A stretch of DNA of 64,000 bases, from NCBI GenBank assembly GCA_049322915.1, contig JBMOPW010000004.1:99343-163342 (forward strand), in the 5' to 3' direction. Both the position numbers and the translations under genes were made by a program. The notes below the pieces were generated by a model. The model had not been told where the DNA came from. It made no database searches and saw only the letters and a program-made list of their open reading frames with translations. The first letter of the stretch is position 1. Every line of letters begins with the position of its first letter. Shown here piece after piece: positions 12,790-22,995 of this stretch. This stretch comes from Candidatus Zhuqueibacterota bacterium. Its GTDB lineage: Bacteria > Zhuqueibacterota > Zhuqueibacteria > Thermofontimicrobiales > Thermofontimicrobiaceae.

Positions 12790-14124
12790 ATGATGAAACC
12801 TGGAAAATATCAGTTCAGTATTTTATTCTTTTTTCTGCTCGTGTGCGTCCAACCGTTAATTTCGGATACCATCCTGAAACATCCCGATCCGACCGAACCC
12901 CTGGAGCAGCGGTGGCAATGGGCGCTGGGACAGGTACGGGATAAAGAATTGAAAGATGGTTTCTGGATCGGCTACAGCTTTCAAAAACTGATGGGCGAGC
13001 AATCGACGATCTGTTCGTCCCGCAGCGGGGACTGGCAGGATCACACGTCGCTGGACGAACTGATCAATGGTCGGAAATCCGGGCCAGACGCGGACAAGCG
13101 CTCTGATGATGAAATCATCCGCGATGAAGCGCGGAATGCGCTGGAAAGAGCATCGCGCCGCGAACAGGAAGGGACTAAAATACTAAAGGAAGTGGCCGTG
13201 CTATTCCAGTTTGGCCGGGAAGGTGGACTGCGCGATGTGCAGGTCAATAATATCTCGCTGTCCGTTGATCTGGGAAAACTGCCGCTGATCTGGCTTCATG
13301 GCGCTGATACGGAGCAGAGCATCCACCGCATTGAGCATATCTATTTTGAAATGAAAGATAAATCGCTGAAGGACGAACTGATCACAGCGGCCGGCGTCCA
13401 CGAGAGCTCCGAATGCGTGGTGGCGTTCCTGAAGCGCATCCTGGAAAGCGACACCTCGCTGGATTCGCGCGAGAATGCCGTGTTCTGGCTGGGTCAACAG
13501 GATCGGCGGGACGCGCTGCACATATTGGAAAACGCGGCGCAGAAAAATAAGTCCCAATCGATTCGGGAAAAAGCAGTGTTTGGAATGAGTCAAATGCGGC
13601 TGCCGGAGGCCACAGCGGCGTTGATCAACCTGGCGAAAAGCGCAGACCACGAAGACGTGCGCGAGCAGGCCATTTTCTGGCTTGGTCAGAAGGATGATAC
13701 TCAGGTGGTGAAATTGCTGGTCGCCATCGCCAATGCGGATCCCTCGGAAAGCGTCATGGAAAAGGCTGTGTTCGCATTGAGTCAGCAGTCGAATGAAGTC
13801 GCAGTGGAGGCGTTGATCGATCTGGCCAGGCGCGGAAAAACCGAAGGCGCGCGAATGAAAGCCATTTTTTGGTTGGGACAAAAAGCATCAGCGCGAGCCG
13901 GCGAGGCGCTGGAAGACGTTGCCTATGACGATGACGATTTGGAAATTCAGGAACAGGCCGTGTTTGCTGTATCGCAACTGCCTGGAAAATATAGTGTGCC
14001 CGTGTTGATAAAATTGAGTAAAAGCCATCCCAATCCCGGGGTCCGAAAAAAGGCAGTGTTCTGGTTGGGGCAAAGCGATGATCCCCGCGCTCTTGAAACC
14101 TTGATCGATATTGTCCGTAAGTAG
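12790..14124 (+). CDS. Exported HEAT-repeat protein
   Basis: Signal peptide; alternating A(V/I)FWLGQ and AVFALSQ-type repeats; GAGAGG RBS. Confidence 0.8.
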   Translation: MMKPGKYQFSILFFFLLVCVQPLISDTILKHPDPTEPLEQRWQWALGQVRDKELKDGFWIGYSFQKLMGEQSTICSSRSGDWQDHTSLDELINGRKSGPDADKRSDDEIIRDEARNALERASRREQEGTKILKEVAVLFQFGREGGLRDVQVNNISLSVDLGKLPLIWLHGADTEQSIHRIEHIYFEMKDKSLKDELITAAGVHESSECVVAFLKRILESDTSLDSRENAVFWLGQQDRRDALHILENAAQKNKSQSIREKAVFGMSQMRLPEATAALINLAKSADHEDVREQAIFWLGQKDDTQVVKLLVAIANADPSESVMEKAVFALSQQSNEVAVEALIDLARRGKTEGARMKAIFWLGQKASARAGEALEDVAYDDDDLEIQEQAVFAVSQLPGKYSVPVLIKLSKSHPNPGVRKKAVFWLGQSDDPRALETLIDIVRK

Positions 14125-14144
14125 CGATAAAATCTTACTGAAGT

Positions 14145-14173
14145 GGCAACCTTTTCGGAGGGAGATTGTCTTA
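14145..14173 (+). promoter_or_regulatory. Second putative ECF promoter, upstream of the DUF5916-type gene
   Basis: GGCAACCTTTT-N11-TGTCTTA, matching the element at 9620-9649. Confidence 0.5.
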
Positions 14174-14307
14174 TTGATAGGCTCATGAGAAACACCTGCA
14201 ATCATGAGTTGCAGCAACCAAATCAGAAAAGGTGCTGAACGACTCCTTCGATCCGTTGAAGAGAAGCAGCCTGACCCACAAATCAAATCGCAAAAAATGA
14301 GGCCCCC

Positions 14308-16956
14308 ATGACGAACAAACTGTTCTGCGTCATTTTGATAATCCTGTCCGTAATAGCCCTGGCGCATGGCGCGGACGCTGATGTGTCCGATTCATTGATC
14401 GTTCGAGCCGCGCGTTTGGACGAATCCATCACAGTCGATGGTCTGCTGACCGAGAAAGTGTGGCAGAATGGTAACGGCGTGACGCAATTTACCCAACGCG
14501 ATCCGAATGAAGGCGGTCGACCCACCGAAAAAACCGAAGTGCGCGTTGCCTACGATGAGAGCGCAATTTACATTGGCGCTCGAATGTACGATTCGGCCGC
14601 TGATTCGATCATTGCGCAACTGGCTCGCAGGGATTCGTTCACGAATTCCGATCTGTTCATTGTCTTCATCGATCCGTATTATGACCGACGCAGCGGTTAC
14701 TTTTTTGCCCTGACAGCGGCTGGCGCGCTGTTGGACGGTGTCCTGCTGAATGACGACTGGGACGATGATTCATGGGATGGTGTATGGGAAGGCAAAACGC
14801 ACATCGACGCGCATGGCTGGTCGGCAGAATTTCGCGTCCCCTATTCTCAGCTTCGTTTTCACCAAAAGGAAAAATATATCTGGAGCATCAATTTCCGGCG
14901 CGATATACAGCGGAAGAACGAGCGCGATTATCTGGTGTTCACGCCTAAAAATGGCAGTGGATTTGTCTCCCGTTTCGTCGATCTGGTGGGAATCGAGAAT
15001 GTCGAACCGGTCCGGCAGATTGAATTGTCGCCCTATTTCCGAACCAAGGCAGAATTCACCCATGCGGAACCGGGCGATCCATTCAATGATGGGTCGCGCT
15101 TTCTGCCTGGTACCGGCGCCGATATGAAGATCGGAATCGGCAATAATCTGACATTGGACGCTACAGTGAACCCTGATTTCGGACAGGTGGAAGTGGATCC
15201 GGCTGTGGTCAACCTGAGCGACATCGAAACATTTTACGACGAGAAGCGCCCATTCTTCATCGAAGGTTCGAGCATATTTTCGTTTGGACGCGGCGGGTCC
15301 AATAGTTTTTATTCGTTGAACTGGTCGGAACCGGATATATTTTACACCCGCCGCATCGGACGGGCGCCGCAAGGCGGTTTGCCCGAATCTTATGATTATG
15401 TCGATATGCCCGAAGGAGCCCGGATCATCGGCGCCGGCAAGCTGTCCGGGAAAATTGGGACGACCTGGAATGTCGGCACGCTGCACGCCGTCACAGCCAG
15501 GGAAAAAGCGGAATTGTCGCTCGGCAATGACAAATTTTTCTCCGAGGTGGAGCCGCTCACCTATTATGGCATTTTCCGGGCGCAGAAGGAGATTGAACAG
15601 GGCCGGCGCGGGCTTGGTTTTATATCCACCATCACCCATCGGAAATTTGAGAATGATGCATTGCGTCCCGACATGAATGATGGTTCTGAAATATTTGGCG
15701 CCGATGGCTGGACATTTCTGGATAAGGAAAAAGTGTGGGTGATTACCGGCTGGGCCGGGATTTCCCATATTCGCGGAATTCAGGAGCGTATGATCGGCTT
15801 GCAGCGCAGCGCCAACCACTATCTCCAAAAACCGGGTGTATCCCATGTGGCTGTGGATAGCAACGCCACTGACATGACTGGCTACGCCGGTCGTTTTTAC
15901 CTCAACAAACAGAAAGGCAATTTCATTTTAAACGCTGCGTTTGGATTTATCAATCCGAAATTCAATGTGAACGATCTGGGATTTTTTTGGCGCAACGATG
16001 TGATAAATGGACATGTTGTCGCTGGATACAAATGGGTGAAACCCGGCAAAATTTTTCGCCGCGCTGAATTGCATCTTTCACCGTTTGCATCGTACGACTT
16101 TGGAGGTCATTGCACATGGAGCGGCCTGTTTCAATACGGGGACTTGGATTTTCTCAATTATTATTCATTCAACTGGTACTGGGCCTACAATCCGGAAACT
16201 GTGAATAATCGGCTCACCCGCGGCGGGCCATTGACGCTGAATCCGGCCGGATGGGAAGCGCAGGGAAGTATCGTTTCCGATGACCGCAAGCCGATTGTGG
16301 TTGAGTTGAGTCTCAGCGGTGGAAATTACCCATCGGCGAAATTCTGGGGCATCAGTTCAGCCGTGGAATGGAAGCCGGCGTCCAATATCTTGCTGGTCGT
16401 CGGGCCGAACGTCACGTGGGAACGCACAACTGCGCAGTACATCAATACTTTTGAAGATATGACCGCGACTGAAACCTATGGGGCGCGTTATGTTTTCGGT
16501 CAATTGGACCAGACGACGCTATCCACTGACATTCGGCTGAATTGGACGTTCACTCCGAAACTGTCGCTGCAACTTTACGCGCAGCCGTTCATTTCATCGG
16601 GCAACTATTATGATTTCAAAGAACTCGCCCGGCCGAAAAGCTATGACTTCATTATCTACGGCCAGGGCGAATCTTCGTTCGATGCAGGGAATTACGTGGC
16701 CGATCCGGATGGCGATGGCCCGGCGCCGGCCATCGCCATTGACAACCCTGATTTCAATTACAAATCGCTGCGCGGTAATGCAGTGCTGCGTTGGGAATAC
16801 CAGCCTGGTTCCACGCTCTACTTTGTATGGACGCAATTGCGGGAAAATATTGAGACAATTGGAGATTTCCAATTCACGAATTCCATGAGCCGGTTATGGA
16901 GCGCTGATGTGGATAATATTTTCATGATTAAAATGAGCTACTGGATTGGATTATAG
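14308..16956 (+). CDS. CBM9-like / DUF5916-type exported protein (probable outer-membrane protein)
   Basis: Signal peptide; VDGLLTEKVW, TVNPDFGQVEVD, EKRPFFIEG, FYTRRIG; C-terminal KMSYW. Confidence 0.8.
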   Translation: MTNKLFCVILIILSVIALAHGADADVSDSLIVRAARLDESITVDGLLTEKVWQNGNGVTQFTQRDPNEGGRPTEKTEVRVAYDESAIYIGARMYDSAADSIIAQLARRDSFTNSDLFIVFIDPYYDRRSGYFFALTAAGALLDGVLLNDDWDDDSWDGVWEGKTHIDAHGWSAEFRVPYSQLRFHQKEKYIWSINFRRDIQRKNERDYLVFTPKNGSGFVSRFVDLVGIENVEPVRQIELSPYFRTKAEFTHAEPGDPFNDGSRFLPGTGADMKIGIGNNLTLDATVNPDFGQVEVDPAVVNLSDIETFYDEKRPFFIEGSSIFSFGRGGSNSFYSLNWSEPDIFYTRRIGRAPQGGLPESYDYVDMPEGARIIGAGKLSGKIGTTWNVGTLHAVTAREKAELSLGNDKFFSEVEPLTYYGIFRAQKEIEQGRRGLGFISTITHRKFENDALRPDMNDGSEIFGADGWTFLDKEKVWVITGWAGISHIRGIQERMIGLQRSANHYLQKPGVSHVAVDSNATDMTGYAGRFYLNKQKGNFILNAAFGFINPKFNVNDLGFFWRNDVINGHVVAGYKWVKPGKIFRRAELHLSPFASYDFGGHCTWSGLFQYGDLDFLNYYSFNWYWAYNPETVNNRLTRGGPLTLNPAGWEAQGSIVSDDRKPIVVELSLSGGNYPSAKFWGISSAVEWKPASNILLVVGPNVTWERTTAQYINTFEDMTATETYGARYVFGQLDQTTLSTDIRLNWTFTPKLSLQLYAQPFISSGNYYDFKELARPKSYDFIIYGQGESSFDAGNYVADPDGDGPAPAIAIDNPDFNYKSLRGNAVLRWEYQPGSTLYFVWTQLRENIETIGDFQFTNSMSRLWSADVDNIFMIKMSYWIGL

Positions 16957-17037
16957 TCACAACCAGTTTCAATTGATTTGAACAATGGAGTGAATCTTCA
17001 CGTGCAACGTGCATTGAATAATTTAATGGAGGCGACA

Positions 17038-17757
17038 ATGAAACGATATAGCTTTATTTTAACGGCGGGAATCGCGCTCAGTCTGTTTTCCGCTTCGCTC
17101 CTTTTTTCCCAAAATCGGACAGAGACAAAGTTGAAGCAAGAGGAACGTGCCCTCGAACAGGCGCAGATGGAGTTAGAATCCCTCGCCATGCCGGAAATTG
17201 AGGTGGATTTGAGCGGGCTTGAGGCATCCATGCGGGAGTTAGAGTTTTCGTTGCAGCAGTTGGAATCCCTTCAATTGCAGGAATTCGATTTCGATCTGCC
17301 GGCCATCCCTGAGATCGCGGTGGATATCCCGCCTCTGCCAGAAATAGATGTGCATATCCCCTGGATAGATTTCGTGATGCCTGAGATCGACATTCCGGAA
17401 ATTGCATTTGATGGGCGCATCTTCGAGCGCGAGGCATGGTCTCATTGGGGCGACAGCAGTCTGAGCGAAGATGAGCAGTTAAAAATTTCCGCCCTTCGGG
17501 CGATGAAGCGAAAACAGTCGAATGAAGTGATCCCGGCCGTGGAGAAAATTCTCCGAAACGAGGAGAGCGCGCCCTTGCGGTTCGAGGCAGTCAATTTGCT
17601 GAGATACCACCTGGATGACGCGCGTTCCATCGAACTGTTGGGCCAGGCGGCGAAATCCGATGTGAATATTGATGTCCGCAAACGGGCTGTGAATATTCTG
17701 GGCCGCAGCGCCGATGCCCGGGCCGTGACGATTCTCGAGGAAATCGCCAACCGATGA
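17038..17757 (+). CDS. Exported protein with acidic Pro-Glu-Ile linker and C-terminal HEAT repeats
   Basis: Signal peptide, coiled coil, repeated (D)IPEI motifs, VRKRAVNILG. Confidence 0.7.
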   Translation: MKRYSFILTAGIALSLFSASLLFSQNRTETKLKQEERALEQAQMELESLAMPEIEVDLSGLEASMRELEFSLQQLESLQLQEFDFDLPAIPEIAVDIPPLPEIDVHIPWIDFVMPEIDIPEIAFDGRIFEREAWSHWGDSSLSEDEQLKISALRAMKRKQSNEVIPAVEKILRNEESAPLRFEAVNLLRYHLDDARSIELLGQAAKSDVNIDVRKRAVNILGRSADARAVTILEEIANR

Positions 17758-17824
17758 CCCGCTAAAAACAGGATTGAACAAAATCTTTGCCGATCTACCT
17801 GGTATCTGTTTAACTGCATGAACG

Positions 17825-17873
17825 CGTTCGATATGTATCCAGCGCCGGTTCAGGAAGAATATCCCGAACGATC
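17825..17873. repeat. Palindromic REP-like intergenic repeat (related copies at ~24345-24410 and 32767-32834)
   Basis: GATATGTATCCAGCGC and AATATCCCGAACGATC also occur at 32777-32792 and 32819-32834. Confidence 0.6.
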
Positions 17874-18124
17874 CGTAGTGCAAATGAAGAAACCGGTGTT
17901 GCTATTTCAAGTCGTGATGGTATCTACTCAGGTGACCATGCTGAAGCATGGCGCTGGTTTAAAATTGTACCGACACCACGATTTATCGTAGTGTTCAAAA
18001 ATCAATGAGCCAAGTTCGCGGCAAGGATACACGCCTGAATAGCGACGAAAATTCTCTTTAACCCGGGACCATGAACCTTGAAATCTGGAACCTGAGCAGT
18101 TACCCATGATTTTAAAAATAATGC

Positions 18125-18152
18125 TTGACATCTCAAAAATTTGTGGTATATT
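18125..18152 (+). promoter_or_regulatory. Sigma70 promoter for the leader-chorismate mutase-aroF operon
   Basis: TTGACA-N16-TATATT with extended -10 TG. Confidence 0.65.
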
Positions 18153-18180
18153 AACCCATCGAAAATTCAATCTGGAGATA

Positions 18181-18267
18181 ATGGTTATCATGAACGACCA
18201 GTTTGGACATCATTGGACTCATCGATTTTATTACTTTATTTTCCGCTCCAGAGCAGTGGGAGGTTGA
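18181..18267 (+). CDS. Aromatic-amino-acid leader peptide (MVIMNDQFGHHWTHRFYYFIFRSRAVGG)
   Basis: 28-codon ORF after GGAG with 4 Phe, 2 Tyr and 1 Trp, including an FYYFIF cluster; lies upstream of aromatic biosynthesis genes; too short for the ORF track. Confidence 0.8.
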   Translation: MVIMNDQFGHHWTHRFYYFIFRSRAVGG

Positions 18268-18295
18268 CAATTATTTCATATACAGTATGAATGTT

Positions 18296-18330
18296 AACCC
18301 GCTGCGAGTCGAAAACAGCGGGTTTTTTTT
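18296..18330 (+). terminator. Attenuator terminator
   Basis: AACCCGCTG / CAGCGGGTT stem plus T8; GCAGTGGG (18253-18260) can pair alternatively with CCCGCTGC (18298-18305). Confidence 0.8.
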
Positions 18331-18730
18331 ATCTGAAAAATATGCTATCAGTGCTCGCCGGCCAGGTGAAGAAATTTATTTTCTCATTTCAGGAATGACG
18401 AGTGTATTGTATGAATTAAATTATCAAAATGATATAGAATCCGAAAGTTGCCAGAGCGGTTTCTGAAGACGTGGCAGGCGCAGAGCGAAGCCATGTCAAC
18501 GTTTATGAATTGCTCCGATATTTATGGCAGAGAGTTTGCGGAATTTCAAATCGTCAGTCGTTTGCTAAAAATTCTTAATGGTCTTTCTTACTCGTCGTTT
18601 TCGCTCAGACCGAATGAGTGACATCCCCTGGCGAGTCGTGGCTGATTTTCAGCAATGAGAAGGAACAGCCCCGGACGATGCAACATACGGGTTAAGCTGA
18701 TACAAGACTAAATTTGAAAGGGAAGCGCTC

Positions 18731-19018
18731 ATGACACTGGAGAAACTACGTCAGGAAATTGACAGTCTTGATGAGTCGCTCGTCAGACTGTTGAATGAGC
18801 GGGCGAAAGTCTGCCAGAAAATTGGGACATTGAAGCGCGAATTGAATGTTCCCATACTCCATTCAGCGCGGGAGGCGGAAGTGATTGCCCGGGTGACGGT
18901 AAAGAATACCGGGCCGTTGACAGACGAAACTGTTGAAGCGATTTATAAACTTATTATAACCTCATGTCGAACTTTACAAGAGAAGGAAATAGAACATGCT
19001 AATCGTAATGAAAGATAA
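18731..19018 (+). CDS. Chorismate mutase (AroQ class)
   Basis: LEKLRQEIDSLD, LLNERA, IGTLK and REAEVI motifs. Confidence 0.9.
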   Translation: MTLEKLRQEIDSLDESLVRLLNERAKVCQKIGTLKRELNVPILHSAREAEVIARVTVKNTGPLTDETVEAIYKLIITSCRTLQEKEIEHANRNER

Positions 19019-20009
19019 CGCTACTGCCGAACAGATCGAGGCGGTGAAAGAGAGATTGGAGTCGTACAAACTACAGATTCATCAGGTCAATGGTGCGATC
19101 CGAACCATTCTGGCTGCGCTGGGCGACTCGGTCAACGTGGATTTCAGTTTTTTCGAAAATATGGATGGTGTGCTCAATGTGGTCCGAATTATGGAGCCAT
19201 ATAAGTTGTGCAGCCGCACGTTCCAGGCTGAAAACTCGGTCATTAAATTCAATGGGATCGAGCTTGGTGGCGATCGGATTGTCGTGATGGCCGGCCCCTG
19301 CGCTGTGGAGAGTGAAGAGCAAATGCGCAAGATTGCCAAGGCGGTTTCCCAGGCCGGCGCCACGGTGTTACGGGGCGGCGTTTTCAAACCGCGAACATCG
19401 CCGTATGCATTTCAGGGCATGGGACTTGAAGGCCTGAAAATGATGCGCGCGGTGGCGGACGAGTTCCACCTGCCGATCGTCACCGAAATTCTCGAGGTCA
19501 GCCAATTGGATGAGATTTATGAGTATGTCGATATTTTCCAGGTTGGCGCGCGCAATATGCAGAATTTCTCGTTGCTCCGGGCTTTGAGCAAAACCAATAA
19601 ACCGGTGCTGCTCAAGCGGGGCATGTCGGCGACGATCCAGGAGTTTTTGATGGCGGCCGAATATATCATGTCCGGCGGGAATTACAACGTGATCTTATGC
19701 GAACGCGGCATTCGGACATTCGAGCAAATCACGCGAAACACTATGGATATTTCCGCCATCCCGGTTGTGAAAAAAATGAGCCATTTGCCGATCATCGGCG
19801 ACCCCAGCCACGGGACCGGCAAGCGGGATCATGTGGCGCCCATGGCGCGCGCGGCGGTTGCTGCCGGCGCGGATGGTTTGATCATCGAAGTCCATCACGA
19901 TCCGGATCACGCGATGTCCGACGGCCCGCAATCGCTTTTGCCGGATCAATTCCAGCGATTGATGGAAGAATTGAAAGTCATCGCCTGGGCTATTGGCCGC
20001 ACTGTATAA
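18996..20009 (+). CDS. aroF: DAHP synthase (type I-beta, with N-terminal regulatory domain)
   Basis: MAGPCAVES, FKPRTSPYAFQG, GARNMQNF, ILCERGIRTF, DPSH. Confidence 0.95.
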   Translation: MLIVMKDNATAEQIEAVKERLESYKLQIHQVNGAIRTILAALGDSVNVDFSFFENMDGVLNVVRIMEPYKLCSRTFQAENSVIKFNGIELGGDRIVVMAGPCAVESEEQMRKIAKAVSQAGATVLRGGVFKPRTSPYAFQGMGLEGLKMMRAVADEFHLPIVTEILEVSQLDEIYEYVDIFQVGARNMQNFSLLRALSKTNKPVLLKRGMSATIQEFLMAAEYIMSGGNYNVILCERGIRTFEQITRNTMDISAIPVVKKMSHLPIIGDPSHGTGKRDHVAPMARAAVAAGADGLIIEVHHDPDHAMSDGPQSLLPDQFQRLMEELKVIAWAIGRTV

Positions 20010-20037
20010 AATTGTCGAATCCGACTCGCGCTAATTC

Positions 20038-22137
20038 TTACTGAATGAAGATCATCCCGGTCGTTGCCGGGATTGAAATTTCGCCGGTCACATTCTCTTG
20101 CAGAATCTCTGTGCCGGCGATATCTCCATTCACAATCACCGACCATGTCCCTTTGGGGAGCGTGAACAGCGCCGGTTCCTTTGAATGCCCATTCATCAGC
20201 ACCAGCACGTTGTGACTATCCCCGGCGCCCGCTTTCCTGATCCAAAATCCCAACCCAAATTCGTTTTTACACTTCAAAAAATGGATGTCGCGAATGTCCG
20301 AGTTCCGAAAAGCCGGATGCGCTTTTCGCACCCGAATCAGTCCGCGGTAATAATCGTATAGCTCCTGATTCAGGGCTTTGTGGGCGTAGTTGATCCAGTT
20401 GGTTTCATTATCTTTATTGTAGCTATTGTGATCGATTTTGTACTGGTTGGTATCAGGCCGGGCAGTCGGCGCGATCACTTTGCTGCGGGCAAATTCCTGT
20501 CCCTGATGAATCATCACGCCGCCCTGGGAAACGAACAGAAACAGCGCGCCCAGTTTGCTTATTTTCATCTGCTGCTCGGTGAGACGGATATGCTCGGTCA
20601 GATTGATGATCCGCTGATTCGGCTTCACCGCACGGACGCCAATTCGCACAAAATCCCCGAAGGTATGGTCGTCGTGGGATTCCAGATAATTAATTGAATG
20701 GTCCGGCTTCTGGAAAAGCCCGCCCTGACTTACGACTGAACCGCCAACATAGCCGGCAAGCGCGCCGGTATTGTTCTCTTTTTCCCAATGGCCAAAGATG
20801 AATCCGGTATTGTTATGGGGATTCTGGCCCTTGACGCCATTGCGAAACTTGTCATTCCAGGCGGCCCAGCCTAACCGGGAGAAAGCCGCCGGCGCGTAGC
20901 CATCACCCCAGGGCTCGGCAATGATGTAGGCGTTGGGATTGATGCTTCGGGCGCGTTCGAGTATCTGTTTGCATGTCTCTTCATCGATGAGATACGCCAG
21001 GTCAAACCGAAACCCATCGATATGGTATTCCGTCATCCAATGGGTGATGCTGTCCAGAATCAGTCGCCGGGCCATGGGCCGTTCTGTTTTGAAGTCATTG
21101 CCGCAGCCGCTCTTGCTTAAAAATTCCCGCTTCGAATTGAGCCGGAAATAATATTTCTTATCGATGTACTTGAAGGGACTGAGATCATACTGGGACACGT
21201 GGTTGTACACCACATCCATGATGACAGCGATTCCCTGGCGATGCAGCGCCTTCACCATGTCTTTGAATTCGCGAACCTGCCGACCGTCCGCGCCGTTGTA
21301 CTCCCCCGGTTTCATGGCGCCGTTCGACGCGTAATAGGACTCCGGCGCGAAAAAATAAGAGGTCATGTATCCCCAGTGATTGCGCTCGTACGGATTCCAC
21401 GTGTTGAACACCGGCGCGGATTTATCTTTGTACGGCACTTCGATATTGCCAAAATCCTGGCAGGGCAGCAATTCAACAGCGTTCACGCCCAGATCCAGCA
21501 GATAGTCAATGCCGCCGGATTTGCCCGGCTCGATCAATCCGGGATAGGTTCCGGGACTCTCTGCTTCGGCGCTGGCGTGAATCGTCATATCGCGTACATG
21601 CATTTCGTAGATGACCAGATCCCGAATCGGGGTTTGAATCCAGGTGTCATCTTCCCAGTCATACTCAGAATTGATGATGAGCGATTTTGCCGGATGGAGA
21701 TAGGAGTTTCGCGTCACCACCGCTCTGGAATAGGGATCCGCGACAATTTTCGAGGCATCAAACATGGTGGCTCTCGTCGCCGGCCCATCGATGCGGTAGC
21801 CATAGTACAGGCCATATCGCTCCCCGTCCAGTTGATATTCCCAGACGTTGTCACTGTCCTTTTTCATCGGAAATTCCTGGCCGGCGCTGTCCTGGTGGCT
21901 GGCGAACGTGACCAGCGTGACAGCAGTTGCAGTGGGGGCGAACAAGCGGAATATCGTGTTTCCCGATTCGATGGTGGCGCCTAACGACCTGGAGGAATAA
22001 CAGCGATCGAGAGAAGGATAGTAGTCTTTGTAGCGCGATTGAGCCATGAGAGTCTCCTTTGAAAAAATCGGCTCCGAAAGAATAGTCATCAGCAGAAGAA
22101 AGAGGGAGATAATATTAAAAATTGAAATTCGGTTCAT
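20038..22137 (-). CDS. Secreted type I pullulanase / GH13 debranching enzyme
   Basis: Signal peptide; DVVYNH, DGFRFDL, AEPW, NYLESHDD, HNSYN. Confidence 0.88.
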   Translation of the reverse strand: MNRISIFNIISLFLLLMTILSEPIFSKETLMAQSRYKDYYPSLDRCYSSRSLGATIESGNTIFRLFAPTATAVTLVTFASHQDSAGQEFPMKKDSDNVWEYQLDGERYGLYYGYRIDGPATRATMFDASKIVADPYSRAVVTRNSYLHPAKSLIINSEYDWEDDTWIQTPIRDLVIYEMHVRDMTIHASAEAESPGTYPGLIEPGKSGGIDYLLDLGVNAVELLPCQDFGNIEVPYKDKSAPVFNTWNPYERNHWGYMTSYFFAPESYYASNGAMKPGEYNGADGRQVREFKDMVKALHRQGIAVIMDVVYNHVSQYDLSPFKYIDKKYYFRLNSKREFLSKSGCGNDFKTERPMARRLILDSITHWMTEYHIDGFRFDLAYLIDEETCKQILERARSINPNAYIIAEPWGDGYAPAAFSRLGWAAWNDKFRNGVKGQNPHNNTGFIFGHWEKENNTGALAGYVGGSVVSQGGLFQKPDHSINYLESHDDHTFGDFVRIGVRAVKPNQRIINLTEHIRLTEQQMKISKLGALFLFVSQGGVMIHQGQEFARSKVIAPTARPDTNQYKIDHNSYNKDNETNWINYAHKALNQELYDYYRGLIRVRKAHPAFRNSDIRDIHFLKCKNEFGLGFWIRKAGAGDSHNVLVLMNGHSKEPALFTLPKGTWSVIVNGDIAGTEILQENVTGEISIPATTGMIFIQ

Positions 22138-22227
22138 CGGATTTTTCTCCCATTTTTTGAAAACTCTGTTAGTTTAATTGCGCCAATAATTTGGCTTGAA
22201 TTCAAAATCAATTCACTTCCAAATAAT

Positions 22228-22914
22228 TCATTGAATATTATCCGTTTCAGGGAAAATCAATTCGTCCGATTGAATAATATTGATTCCACCGGCCTTAAAT
22301 TTTTCGAGCATTTTGTTCTTTTTGGAGTCTGTTTCCGAAATGATCGCATCTGCAATCAGGCTCACTTTGTAGTTTCGATTTTTTGCAGCGAAGACGGTTT
22401 TGTTCAAACAATAGGCAGCGTCCAGGCCGATGGCGAAAATTTCATCGACACGATTCTTGGTGAGAAATTCATCCAGCGCAGGATTGCTGAACGCGTCCAT
22501 TTTGTGTTTGGAAAAAGTATTATCCGAAATGATTTTCACGCGGGAATCGATTTTCGCTCCTTCGCTTCCCTCAGCCATAACATTTTTTGTGGCGAAGTTG
22601 AGCAGCCAGTTTGTGTTTTCGTGATAAATATACACCACCGGCATGGAGGAGGAATCAGTCCAATCAATAACCTCATTCACTTTATTGATGAATACCTCCG
22701 CCTGTTGCAGGTAGCCCTCGGTAATGGATTTTGTCCCGGTGGTTCCCTCCTGAATATCAATGACGAGAAGGGCAGAAACAGGATTTTCGTATTGAGCAAT
22801 GGGCTGGCCTTTGGAAATTGTTGAGGAACTCATGAACAAATAGGTAACGTATATAGCAAGCAACGCGATTAGAATTCCCAGAGAGATGAGAGTTTTTACA
22901 ATTATTCGTTTCAT
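22228..22914 (-). CDS. Isochorismatase-family cysteine hydrolase with N-terminal membrane anchor
   Basis: ALLVIDIQ, FSKHKMDAF, GLDAAYC. Confidence 0.85.
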   Translation of the reverse strand: MKRIIVKTLISLGILIALLAIYVTYLFMSSSTISKGQPIAQYENPVSALLVIDIQEGTTGTKSITEGYLQQAEVFINKVNEVIDWTDSSSMPVVYIYHENTNWLLNFATKNVMAEGSEGAKIDSRVKIISDNTFSKHKMDAFSNPALDEFLTKNRVDEIFAIGLDAAYCLNKTVFAAKNRNYKVSLIADAIISETDSKKNKMLEKFKAGGINIIQSDELIFPETDNIQ

Positions 22915-22995
22915 TGGACAACTCCTAATTTAAAGCTGGTAAACAGATTTTGTAATACTAGTACTTTTAATTTTTATGGCTAAATAGGTATTCTT

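Noticed and set aside
18203..18466. 87-aa ORF in the track
   Set aside because: It runs through the attenuator terminator, has a TTG start and no recognisable motifs; the 28-aa leader in another frame explains the region better.
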